NCBI RefSeq assembly: GCF_006345805.1
Contig: NC_043003.1
Coordinates: forward strand, 70,990,001-71,054,000
Reading direction: 5' to 3'
Source: Octopus sinensis
Taxonomy: Eukaryota
DNA length: 64,000 bases
Shown: positions 50,849 through 63,251 of the stretch, in pieces
How positions within the stretch are numbered: the first letter of the stretch is position 1
Layout of the letters: each line of letters opens with the position of its first letter
Made by a program: the position numbers and the translations under genes
Notes under the pieces: model-generated
What the model saw: the letters and a program-made list of their open reading frames with translations, nothing else
Database searches by the model: none
Told to the model about the DNA's origin: nothing

Positions 50849-51766
50849 ATAAACACATTTGTATATACACTTTTCTCTGTATATGAACATATGTGTACAT
50901 ACATGTATGTGCACACACACACACACACACATATATGCATACATACATGTGTGCACGCATACTCTTGCGTATAATGGTTATATTTACTGGATGCATATAT
51001 ATATAAAATAACATCTATATTTAGAATACATTCATATACATTTGGATAAGTATTCATATGATACAAATGTCTATATGTGTGTGTGTGCACATACATTGTA
51101 TGTACACATACATGTATGTGTACATACATGTGTCTGTGTCTGTGGGCAATCGTCTGTCAGCATAGGATAATGAAGTATTACACCTACAATTGAAACCAAT
51201 GGAACACAGACAATTAAGTATTGTTGTCGAAAAATAGGAGGGCTCTCTATATAAGGAAGGTACTCATCTAGACTGAATTGTAGTTTCAATTCGTCGTCGG
51301 GGGAAAACCTGTGTCATATCAGAAGAGCATAGTATAGGAAAATAACGGGTATTTTTGCCTGGTTCGGACCAGTCTACTTGCAGGTTAGGCGCTTGAGCCA
51401 AGCCTGCTGGCTGGTCGGGCTTAGCGACAAACAAACTTCCTAGAGCCTTTGTGTTTCTTTTCTAAACTGTCCATCATATATTAAAATTAAATTTGCCATA
51501 ACGAAAGAACAAGAAACAAAATCGACAAACGAAACTCCTCAAAAAGAGGCATTGGAAAAACCAGAAACTTGTAAGCATTTCTTTCAACGCCGAAACTCGA
51601 GTTACGTTATTATCTGGATCTTCATTTGGCCTTACAGTTATTTTCAATTGAACCATGAACAATTGGTAAGAATTTTAATTTTTTAAATGAAATATTTTTC
51701 CTTTAATTTATTTCTCTTTTTATCTATTTATATATTGAAACAATGTAAACTAACAGTTCAAAATTG

Positions 51767-51938
51767 TTAGCTAACAAAATGCTTAGCGGCATTATGTTCG
51801 TCTTTACGTTCTAAGCTTAAATTCTGCCGGAGTCGACTCTGCCTTTCATCCTTTCGGGGTCGGTGAAATAAATACCAGTAGATGTAATCGACTAACCCCG
51901 TTCCCAAAACTTGCTGGCCTTGTGCCAAAATTTGAAAC

Positions 51939-52004
<66 letters not shown>
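51767..52004 (+). mobile_element. SINE family C with (TTA)n tract
   Basis: GTCGACTCTGCCTTTCATCCTTTCGGGGTCG core and GGCCTTGTGCCAAAATTTGAAACC tail. Confidence 0.8.
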
Positions 52005-52005
<1 letters not shown>

Positions 52006-52009
52006 CCTT

Positions 52010-52460
52010 CTTAACACAGTGTAGGTAAAAATGCCCCTGAGTCTTTAGTCATCTGTCAATCACAACAATGACCTTAGAAGACAGATAATACTTTCCTTAA
52101 GATGTGCGCTGTGCTCAATAAGTCTGCTTTTTGCAAGACATCAATCTTGCATGGGATTTCCAGTTGCCTTAAGAAGTATTGAAATTCCAATGGGATTGAG
52201 CCCAATGATCCGATCACCACTGGTATCATTTTTACATTACCCTCTCGCATTCCATACAGTCTTGCCGTTTCCACTTTTAGTTCGCAACTGCTCAGATATT
52301 CATTGCGGTAATCAAATTGTTGGCATTCAGGTTGGATTTCGACTCGCTGGCCTTGACTTTCATTTCTCTGTGTAGAATGTCATCCAACTCCAAAATCCCT
52401 AAATATCTATACCCACTACCATGATATTGTTGGTTAATATTCCTTCTATTAACATTATGG
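52010..52460 (-). mobile_element. R4/Dong-like LINE 3' remnant
   Basis: GYRYLGILELDDILHREMK, then VKMIPVVIGSLGSIP..LQKADLLSTAHILRKVL; its 3' end runs into (TAA)n. Confidence 0.75.
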
Positions 52461-53107
52461 AAAAAAAATTACCCGTAGATTTAGAGCTCAAGTTTCGAAC
52501 TGCACTAAAAATCTATTAAGAAGTTAACACTGCAACAGTATTCATTAAGAAAAAGTACAGGAAAATCCAAAACGTTAGTAAGATCAGTTTGTGGTTACAA
52601 AACAAAAAAAGAATGTTATTTTAAAGCCAAACGGGTGGGCAACATGAATCGTGGTTGTACCTGTGAAATGAATAAAATCGACTATTTTACATCACGTATA
52701 ACTAAAAAAAATCTGTAAAATCAAAACATACCCATTGAAGGTTTGACTTGAACATCGTAGATAGTAACAGCTTGCAAATCGCACTTTTTCTTGTTGAAAT
52801 ACACCGAAAAATGGCGATACAGCAGTAAAATAATCGTAAAAAATAGGGATTTTCATAGACAAAAGGCACCTTTTTGATGTAAATAATTTTTGGTCTTAAC
52901 ATGGTCCGATTTGAACTTTTTCTTCTACGGAATGAAGAGCAAGCCTTCTTCTATCATACTTTCAATTTTGGTCAACTTGCACCGCAGGGTCTCGGAAGAG
53001 ATAGTGTTAGTTGCCACACACACACACAGACAACTTCAGCTTTATATATATATATATATAATATTTTTAGCATATAAGGGATCCACATAGAGGTCTCTCC
53101 TATTGTT

Positions 53108-53176
<69 letters not shown>

Positions 53177-53234
53177 ATATTAATATATATATATATATTA
53201 TATATATGTATATATATATACATATATTATATAC

Positions 53235-53278
<44 letters not shown>

Positions 53279-53304
53279 CATATATATATTATATATATAC
53301 ACAA

Positions 53305-53352
<48 letters not shown>

Positions 53353-53641
53353 GGGAGACACAGTGGCCCAGTGGTTAGGGCAGCGGACTCGCGATTGTAG
53401 GATCGTGGTTTTGATTCCCAGACCGGGCTTTGTGAGTGTTTATTGAGCGAAAGCAGGGGGTAGTGGCGATCCCTGCTGTACTCTTCTGCCACAACTTTCT
53501 CTCATCCTTTCTTCTGTTGGCCTGCTCGCTTAGCCAGCGGGGTGGCGTCATTTGAAGGCTAAAACAATGGGAAGCGCATTGTGACCAGCGATGTGTAGCA
53601 ACATCTGATAACCTGGTCGGTCACAGTGATCACACAGTGAT
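53353..53641 (+). mobile_element. SINE family D
   Basis: Homolog of 14474-14763. Confidence 0.9.
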
Positions 53642-53698
53642 ATATATACATATACATACATATACATACACACACACACACACACACATATATAGTGA

Positions 53699-53970
53699 GA
53701 GGGCATGGCCTAGTGGTTAGGGTGTTTTACTCACGATCGCGAGATTGTGGTTTCAATTCCTAGACCAGCTGGTGCGTTGCGTTCTTGAATAAAACACTTC
53801 ATATCACGTTGTCCTGCAATCACTTGGACACCTGACGCATGATACACTGTGTACCTGTTCGGACAATGTCAATTTGATGGAGAGAGTGAGCTAATGATCA
53901 CTATAAATAGATTATTTGTGCAGATCGTTCGGCAAGTTGAACGCTCATGCGTTGTCTTCGACGGAGAGTC
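53699..53970 (+). mobile_element. tRNA-derived SINE of a further family
   Basis: GGCATGGCCTAGTGGTTAGGGTGTTTTACTCACGATCG..GGTTTCAATTCC head. Confidence 0.75.
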
Positions 53971-53977
53971 TATTATA

Positions 53978-54039
<62 letters not shown>

Positions 54040-54069
54040 CATATATATACATACATACATATATATATT

Positions 54070-54674
54070 ACTCTCTCTTTTTTACTCTTTTACTTGTTTC
54101 TGTCATTTGACCGCGGCCATGCTGGAGCACCGCCTTTTAGTCGAGCAAATCGACCCCAGCACTTATTCTTTGTAAGCCTAGTACTTATTGTATCGGTCTA
54201 TTTTGCCGAGACGCTACGTTATGGGGACAAGCAAACCAGCATCGGTTGTCAAGCGATGTTGGGGGAACAAACAGACATGCAAAGATATATACACACACAC
54301 ATACATAATACATACATATTTATATATATATATCCGACGGGCTTCTTTCATTTTTGCGCCTACCAAATCCACTCACAAAGCTTTAGTCGGCCATGTGGTT
54401 GGTAAGCAAGCTACTTACCACACAGCCACTCATGAGCTTATATATATACTTTTGTTTCCGTCACTTGACTGTGGCCATGCTGGAGCATCGCCTTCAGTCG
54501 AGCAAATCGACCCTAGGACCCACTCTTTGTAAGCCTAGTACTTATTCTATCGGTCTCTTTTGCCGAACCGCTAAGTTACGGGGACGTACACACACCGGCA
54601 TCGGTTGTGAAGCGAGGCTGGTGGGACAAACACACACACACACACGCTCTCACACATATATTTATATATGTGTG

Positions 54675-54723
<49 letters not shown>

Positions 54724-54886
54724 GACGGGCTTCTTTCAGTTTCCGTCTACCAAATCCACTCACAAGGCTTTGGTCGGCATGAGGCTTATAGTAGAAGACA
54801 CTTGCCCAAGATGCCACGCAGTGGGACTGAACTCGGAACCATGTGGTTGGTAAGCAAGCTACTTATCACACAGCCACTCCTGCGCC
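54070..54886 (-). mobile_element. Two tandem SINE family A copies (54070-54437 internally deleted; 54448-54886)
   Basis: Both are reverse complements of 34599-35008. Confidence 0.88.
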
Positions 54887-55290
54887 TATATATATTATTT
54901 ATATTATTTAATTGAACGCCACGCATCCATTTCCCAGTGTATGTGTGTGTGTGTGTGCATTCACTCATACGACTCTGTTGCCTGCAAATCAAAGAAGGTA
55001 CTCAAGTTTGTACTGATTATTTAGTCATATCACTAAGTTAATTGATGAGTACCTTATTATACCAGCAGGGAAACGACGAAACGTTGATAAACACACTATC
55101 TCTAATCTCATTTAGAACAGTTTTTCTTTTTGCAGACATCTTAGTCATATGGTTGAGAATACCTTTAGCTACTGTGTGTGTGCGTGCGTGCGTGCATGTA
55201 TGTATGTATGTATGTATGTATGTATGTATGTATGTATGTATGAATGTATGTATGTATGAATGTATGTATGTATGTATGTATCTATCTATC

Positions 55291-55324
<34 letters not shown>

Positions 55325-55329
55325 AATCA

Positions 55330-55413
<84 letters not shown>

Positions 55414-55442
55414 GTCTGTCTGTCTATCTATATGTCTGTCTG

Positions 55443-55509
<67 letters not shown>

Positions 55510-56129
55510 CTCTGTCTATCTATCTGTCTGTATGTCTATCCTACCTCCTACATACATTCATCTTCTCTCAAACATTTCCGAAATTTTTTTTTAAAAATCA
55601 CCCGTTACTCTTGCCACATCATCTTCTTTAGTTGTTGCCTTCACCTCAACGTCATCTTCAAAGATTTCCGTCTCCACTTCCACGCCATCTATCACGCAAC
55701 CACTTCCATCGAACCCATCCTAATTCTCCCTACCGTATGCCTGCCACTATCCGTTACAATCTTTCTGGCCACCATTACTCACTTCTCTATTCTATCTGGG
55801 TTTTTTTTACCCTGCTGCTCCTCACTCGCTGTCCATTCCATTCTACAGTTAATCAGAACCGCTTTCTTGCTCGCACAAAGCACTTCGAGCTCCTATCATT
55901 TCTCCACCCTGTCCTACCCAACGTCACTACACTCAGCCTTCATCCCATCCCCAAAATCTGCCACTCTCACCCCACACCGCTACTGTTTCCCCACTGACCC
56001 TCTACCCTTACCAACGACACTTACCCTCCTGCTACCACCTCCTTCCTCACATCGTCTAATCCTGTCACCGCCACCACCAACCCTTCCTCACCTAACCTGC
56101 TTTCCTTCAGCTCCACTCCTCTTCACATT

Positions 56130-56640
56130 ATTGTTGCTATTCTCCCTGAGTCTCTCTGAAGCTGAGCGTTCTCTCCTTAGTAGGGCTCTCCGTTTCATAT
56201 TCCTTATTTTGTCCAGCAAAGACTTTCGGGCCTGGGTTGATGTCCAAAACTTTGTGCGCCATGTCAGGATGAATGCTCTCTTTCATAATGCTTCACCTGC
56301 ATTTAGCGTACAAGACTACTTCACTAGCCTAGAACGTCGGCCATCTCTATGGACGCAATGTCCTTGGCCTGTTCCATTCACCTGATCAGTTTGCAAGTGC
56401 TTATCAGTACACCCTAAACCGGTTCGACTTCGGTAGGCGCCTCCGACAACTTAACAACTGCCGAGCTTAACTCTCAGCCTTCCGTTGTCTCCGATACCGT
56501 GAGGACCTCGTCATCTAGCTGGATGGCAGTGGTGGAGTTGCGGTTGTGTGGTGTGTAGATCTCTACTGGGAAGAAGCGTTTCTGCCAACTTCAAGATACC
56601 TTACGCTATTGTCCGCTATCCACTGACCTCACGCATCACC
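56130..56640 (+). mobile_element. PLE ORF N-terminal (pre-RT) remnant
   Basis: [58 protein letters not shown], resembling the LVIKPADKGGAVVVW..Y..EA motif. Confidence 0.65.
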
Positions 56641-58284
56641 ATCAAGTCGTTTCCTCACTCAAACACGAACTCATTTTCTCCCTCCGCACCGCCTCCATCC
56701 ACTATTTTACATGCTTTCCGCACGCATCCTCCCACATCTCCTCCACCCTACTCTTACTTTCCTACAAACGCACACGTAATCTACACGACTTATAGGTTCA
56801 TAGTTCTTTCCTCACTCCCAGCACTCAAGTTGAGTTCATCTCTTGCTTTTGCCTACGCAGCCGCACTTGTCCCTTCCTTTCTAACACCATCGTCTTCACG
56901 GATACCCACCACCATTTCTTCCATGTCTTTGGCTTTCTTACATTGGATATACTTATGCCATCTCTATTTTACCTAAACACGTCTATCCTGTCAGACGCAC
57001 ACAACAGCCTCATACACACCCATACAAATACTATGCACACACACACACATGAACACATAAACGCATAAGATAGCTTCACACACACACACACACGCCCAGT
57101 TTACACACACGTCCATTTCACAGTGGTCCCATTGTCACTCACGCCTAAAGCGACCTTTCAGCCACGTCCGATCATTTCAGCATGCCGTAGTGGTTGTATA
57201 CACGTCCATTTTTCTTTATTTTCTTTTTCATTGGTCTCCCCTTGTTTATCCTTTCTTTCAGAAGAAGAATGTATACTTGAAATGTAAAAGATACTTCCGT
57301 TTTTTCCATTTTCCTGAGTGTCAACACTATTTTTCTTTTTGTCTCGTCTTCGTGTTATATTTTTTTAACTATTTATTTGTATACTACTGGCAACGGCATG
57401 CTTAAACAAATCCATCGCTGCATTAAAGCAAATTGTGAGGTTGAACCAGCTTCAGCTGGGTGTGTCCGATGTGGAAAGATCCGAAACATGTGATAACCCC
57501 GGCTCATCCAGATCTATCTTTCATATATTAAGCTTGTTCGACTCAATCTGAGAGTAGTCTGTAACCAACTGAAAATATCAGAACTCTAGTTTCCTGTCAT
57601 AGGCATATATCAATCGATACCCGAGAAATAAACACATAGTCCTATAGGCTATAACAATTGCTTTAGGTCTTGTCATAAATACAAACTGAAAAGAATATTT
57701 CACATACATAGTGTGACGGCTTCAAACAGAACAAAACCTAATCGTATATATTAAAAGAAAAAATGTTTCAAAACAGTAATGTATATATATAAAAGAATAA
57801 CAGTCACCGACTGTTAAGAAGGTTAAACAGGTGTCTCAGTGCCATTCTACTTTTTAAAGACGTTTTAAAATAGAAAATGTCAATAAAAGCGTTGTCGAAT
57901 TCGGTACTTGTTTTACTTGTATTTCAGACTTTTATTCGCAAAATTAGAACACCCCATGACTAGTGATTGTGGTATTTCCTTTCTCACGCACATACTAAAT
58001 TACACACACACGTACTAAATTACACACACACACACACACACTCTCTCTCTCTTTCTCTCTCTCTCTCACACACACACACATACACAAACACACACACACA
58101 CACACACGCATGCACACACACACACACAGACATACACTCACTCACGTCCACTGCAGGAGTGTCTGTGAACAGTCATCAAGCAGTGCATAAATAACATTGG
58201 AGATAGCTGTCCTAAGATATCAATCTCCCGTTCCATAATTCTCTCGGGATTCAGTAGTAGTAGTGGTAGTAGTAGTATTAGTAT

Positions 58285-58329
<45 letters not shown>

Positions 58330-58413
58330 CGAAAACAGTAGATGCTGCAGGCAATAACGCCACATCACTATTACAAGTTTCTTTTTATAGTTTTTTATAT
58401 TTTTTATTTTATT

Positions 58414-58933
58414 TCTTGGAGTAGATTTGCCACCTAAATGTGGCTAACCATTAATGGCGGATGCTACTGTAGCTTGTAGCCCCAGGAAGACATCTTTTCC
58501 AGCTGGCTGTTGAAACACTGCCTGTGCTCTATCAGTATTTGCAAAAGGAAGTCATCGTTCCCATCTCCAGCCTGACGTGATACACACGTACCCGAGTTTC
58601 TGGGTATTGATTCGGCATCCGCGTTTGACAACCACCGGTTGGCGATGGAAATGATTCTCAATGCAAATACATATTATATTTGCATTGAGAATCATTTCCC
58701 ATCGCCAACCGGTGGTTGTCAAACGCGGATACCGGATCAATACCCAGAAACTCGGGTACGTGTGTATCACGTCAGGCTGGAGATGGGAACGATGACTTCC
58801 CTTTGCAAATACTGATAGAGCACAGGCAGTGTTTCAACAGCCAGCTGGAGGAGATGTCTTCCTGGGGCTACAAGCTGCAGTTGCATCAACCCTTAAGGGT
58901 TAGCCACGTTTAGGTGGAAAATATACTTCACGA
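58414..58933. repeat. ~520-bp fold-back element (~256-bp arms, tiny loop near 58670-58676)
   Basis: Arms are reverse complements over their whole length; inner ~200 bp have few mismatches, outer ~70 bp more. Confidence 0.95.
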
Positions 58934-59329
58934 TATCGTGCAGCTACTGTTTATACCTCGCTCGGAAAATTTTTCTGGTTTATTTTTCTGTTTTCTTTTA
59001 AACAGAAGAGTATTGAAGTTTCTTTCAATTGAAGTTTGTTGTCAAGCATCTCCCAGCTTTTTCTCTGGTTCTCTTCTCTTTCTTCCTCCGCAGGCATTAA
59101 TGTATTTCTATAATGTCACTATCCCTCAACGAAGAACTTTTTCCAGTTTTCGCTAGGAAAAAGGCATGACCATTCTTTGTTAACTGTATTTTGAATATAT
59201 AATTAATCATTCACCCAGCTTTTACTCTATCTGAGATTTCAGTGTTCAAATTTTGGCATATATTAGGTGTGTAGAAATGCCACATATTTTCAAGCAAATA
59301 GTCAGACATCATATGCACTATATATATCC

Positions 59330-59520
59330 TGATGGTTTGGGTGATCGGGAATGCGAAAGGTAGTTTAACAAATTCAAAAGCAGTGAAGAGGATTCATGTC
59401 AAAGTATCGGGGACTTGTCCCGGTGGCTTAATAAACCTCGGTCCACTGTGCAAGAGCACCTCAAGCAGATTAGGAAAGAGTACGGAGAAGGAAAGGGGTA
59501 TTCATCCCGCCACATGACAA
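59330..59520 (+). mobile_element. Decayed mariner N-terminal fragment
   Basis: FNKFKS..LSRWLNKPRSTVQEHLKQIRK resembles the mariner HTH region. Confidence 0.45.
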
Positions 59521-59666
59521 AGTTAGCCCAAGAAAAGATGAATTCATTAGGCTGCTAGGATATACTTCTGTGCATCATATTTAATGGAGATACATTAATC
59601 TATACGTTCTGGACAAGTAATCGAGCTCGATAGAAATCGATCTGATGAAGCAATCCGGCATTGCCG

Positions 59667-59990
59667 CAAACTATTCCATCTTGTCCATGCCCCCTTTCTG
59701 CTTGAGTCCAATGGTTCTAGTCATTTGTTTTTCCTGTACTTTTAGTCGGACATCTTCTTGGATGAAATGACGCCTCTCTTTGCACTGAGGTCTTGCCAAG
59801 CTGGATCTTTCAGAAGTGGCTTTGTTGCTTGCAATACTTTCTCTAGTTTTCATTTCCTCCGTGTTCTTACTCAGGTACCATTTAATAACATATTGTTGGA
59901 GTCCTTGTATTTTAAAACTTCTCTTACTCATTATAGCTAAAGCTGCAAGATGTTACTGGTCTCATACAATGCTACACTTTTTGTAGATAC
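59667..59990 (-). mobile_element. HERO-like fragment
   Basis: CKERRHFIQEDVR..TRTIGLKQKG.MDKME, equivalent to the HERO post-RT region. Confidence 0.6.
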
Positions 59991-61413
59991 AGAGAAAATC
60001 ACTTACGGGGAAAGCTACAAAAAGTCACTGATCAGCCTTTCGTTAGAAATAAATTAATACAGTCATATCGCTGAGTATAAAGCAGTAGGTAGTTCATATC
60101 TTGCAGTAATTTTCATAGCAATTTGAACTAAACCACTTCAAAGTTAGATATTCTGATCACGAACGTAACTCAATGGCGGTGATATGGCATGAATAGTTCA
60201 TCACTTCTCTGGTTTTCTGGTAACCTAGAGATTCAGAATCAATCCAGCCAAAGTAAAACTAGGCTGCCCAGTGCAACTTCTCCATTACTCAAGTTTCAAA
60301 GATTCTCTTAACTTAGCTGTAAATAATTACTACACAGTAGCAAGTTCCACTACAATAAGCAACACTTTAGCGATTAAATTTGACGATTATTTTAGTTGAT
60401 TCCAGCATCAAATTTAGCTACTTTCTTAGATGGGTGGTCGGTTAGAAGCGTTTATTTAAAATAAGGCCAATCATTTATTTATATATACGTCTTATTAAAA
60501 CAACTAAGCAAGAAACTTGAACATTTTACGACAGGTTTGTAAAGATATATAATTCACCGTGGTACACTGTGATTGCTGTCCCTAATGAATTAGGTAAAAT
60601 ACAGTACGTTTGTAAAGAAGTGGTACAAATGATTGAATCATTTTTTAGAAGTCCGAAAGGAACGTAAATAACGGTTCTTAAAATAAGCTACCTTTTATCT
60701 AAAACTTAGTTAAAAACCTACAATGTTTTAGTGAAAAGGGCTCTATTACTTGTCTGTTCTCCACACATACTCAGTTTATTTTACTATGGTAAATAGCTAT
60801 CAGATATTCAAGAAGTGTGAGCTGTGATAAATTAGTGTCCTAATTAGATGTAAATTGATCTCACACAAGCCAGATAAAGCTACTAGTGTCTCTGGCTGTT
60901 ATCCAGGACGCCAAGTGCTAGAGATGTGCTTAGGAGCTTCCAGATACAAAGCATAATTGTAGAAATAACATAAAATGAAATAAACTGAAGTGTGAAAATT
61001 CCTTAAGGGGAGATACGATAAGATATTTTAGTAGCAGTATTGTAGGATTAGATATTTTAGTAGAGTATTGTAACTATTGCATTTTGAAAAAAGCCTAAAT
61101 TTATCAATAAAGTTTAGTTTGAAAAGCTATTAAAATTACATTAATAAATATGTTATTAGTAAATGTTTTCATATTGTAAAAATACTTTGAAATATTGTGC
61201 ATGGATAATAGAGTTTCAACCTCTTCAGCTAAATCTATCTCTCCAAATTTTGTCATTCGATGCTTGTCCACATTCAGTTGAAACTGTCGTTGGGATTTAC
61301 ATACATACATACATACATACACACACGAATATACGTATATATATATATATTGATAAAACCGTAAGACAACAAAAGAAAGAAAGAGACCTCGATATTATGT
61401 AAATAGAGGAATT

Positions 61414-61595
61414 TATCTGTAAATGTAATATGTGACAATTATTCGGTAGCCATGACAAAACTCCGAGTTTCGGATGCCGTGGTGGAAATCCATGCCGCCA
61501 TCTCTTCAGTTATCCAGTCATCGGAAATTCCACCTCAGCATCCGAAACTCGGAGTTTTATCAGGACTACGAATAATTGTCACATATTACATTTAC

Positions 61596-61600
<5 letters not shown>
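61414..61600. repeat. ~75-bp inverted repeat overlapping a hammerhead-like motif
   Basis: 61414-61445 is the exact reverse complement of 61569-61600; imperfect pairing continues to 61488/61526. Confidence 0.9.
61454..61514 (-). ncRNA. Type I hammerhead-like motif
   Basis: Minus: GATAA-CTGAAGA-GATG..CATC-C-GAAA-CTCGGAG-TT|TTGTC. Helix I 5 bp; helix II appears to lack G10.1. Confidence 0.5.
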
Positions 61601-61663
<63 letters not shown>

Positions 61664-61721
61664 TAATAATATATATATATAATGATAATAATAATAATAT
61701 ATAATAATTATAATAATAATG

Positions 61722-61788
<67 letters not shown>

Positions 61789-61811
61789 TAATAATAATAA
61801 TATAATATAAT

Positions 61812-61854
<43 letters not shown>

Positions 61855-62474
61855 TAGGGAATATAATTCTAAACTTACAGGGAAAAATTCAATTTAGCAA
61901 TTCTAAATCAATTTCACAATATATAATATACGGATATGATTTAGAAAAACCTCTATTAAGCAATGCAATAGTGAATGATGTTATTCACACCATATAGAAA
62001 AAATTAAAAATACTATAAAAAACATTATTCTAAAAATCAATAAAGTGCATAAACAATAAATATTAAATTGACTATGCGCGTTTCGTGGCTATAACTTCAA
62101 ATAGATAATAATAATAAAATCAATTCGATTCAAAATTAAATCGATCTAAAATTAATTCTATTTAAAAAATATAGTCACCTATCAGGTCTAAAATAATAAT
62201 AATTATAATAAAAATAATAGAATAAATGTACGTATCTGAACTTATAATAATTAACAAATAAATATAGAAAAATACGGGTTTTAACAATAAATAATCGAAT
62301 AAAATTTAACAATATTACTTAAAAATAGTATGAGTAGAATATATAGAGATACAAGAATCATTGGCTATTTGTAAGTTATATAAATACGAACGAATATGAT
62401 AAACACTGCCAACATTATAATCTAAAGTGAAAATGAAATTTGCAAACAAGTTTTCACTACAAGAGCTTGTTGAG

Positions 62475-62663
62475 CAAACTTCACTGGCTGGGTCTCCAAG
62501 CTAGTCCTGTCTGCATGTTGCATCTCCAGAGGCAATGGGTCCGCATTAACGGAGATACAACGAAACGCACACAGCTTGAGTTGGTATGCTGAGACCAGCG
62601 CACTTCACCTATTCTGTGAAATGGGAGAAGGCAGGGTTGCCTCCCATTATAAAATGTGGTATG
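62475..62663 (+). CDS. Weak candidate 189-nt exon
   Basis: GC-richer unique island, open frame NFTGWVSKLVLSACCIS..SHYKMWY, donor TATG|GTAAGG, phase 1-1; acceptor is poor. Confidence 0.2.
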
Positions 62664-62745
62664 GTAAGGTAGATGGTGTGTTTGAATATATCTACCTATA
62701 TATATGTATGTGTGTGTACGTGATATATATATATGTGTGTGCATA

Positions 62746-62817
<72 letters not shown>

Positions 62818-62819
<2 letters not shown>

Positions 62820-63020
62820 AGAGTTTACGAAAAAAACAAAAGACGAAGACAGGTGGTGTACAAAACAAACAGATGTATTAGTATACGCTCAGGAATAGAA
62901 GAAGTCTTTTACGTTTCGAGCCTACGCTCTTCTACAGAAAGGGACACAGAAAAAACAAGGAGAGAAACAAGGAGAGAAAAAAGGAGATAAAAATGTGTGT
63001 AGTGACTAATGATCTATCAT
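62818..63020 (-). mobile_element. PLE terminal-repeat-like element with minimal hammerhead variant at 62904-62945
   Basis: Minus: CTTT-CTGTAGA-A-GAGC GTAG GCTC-GAAA-CG-TA|AAAG; flanked by (TA)n; related truncated motif at 35939. Confidence 0.6.
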
Positions 63021-63219
63021 GTGTATATATATATATATATAATATATATATATATATTATATATATATATATTATATATATATATATACACATATATATA
63101 TACATATATATATATACATATATATATATACATACATATATACATACACACATGCATACATACATACATACATACATAATACATACATACATACATACAT
63201 ACATACATACATACATACA

Positions 63220-63251
<32 letters not shown>

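Noticed and set aside
55042-56385. Longest ORF (447 aa) as a gene
   Set aside because: Built from (TATG)n, (TATC)n and pyrimidine-rich low-complexity sequence, running into a decayed PLE fragment.
57461-57498. Hammerhead (CCGATGT GGA AAGA TCC GAAACATGTG)
   Set aside because: Three core substitutions including G at position 17; a fossil at best.
59615-59670. Hammerhead around CTGATGA at 59642
   Set aside because: The GAAA box is disrupted (GCAAAC), there is no helix III or helix I, and it is cut by the HERO fragment.
60285-60320. Terminal exon KLRESLKLE* on the minus strand
   Set aside because: Only ten codons and a plausible AG; indistinguishable from chance.
62072-62104. Hammerhead (minus; TTGAAG..GAAACGCGC)
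   Set aside because: U16.1 is missing and helix II is incomplete.
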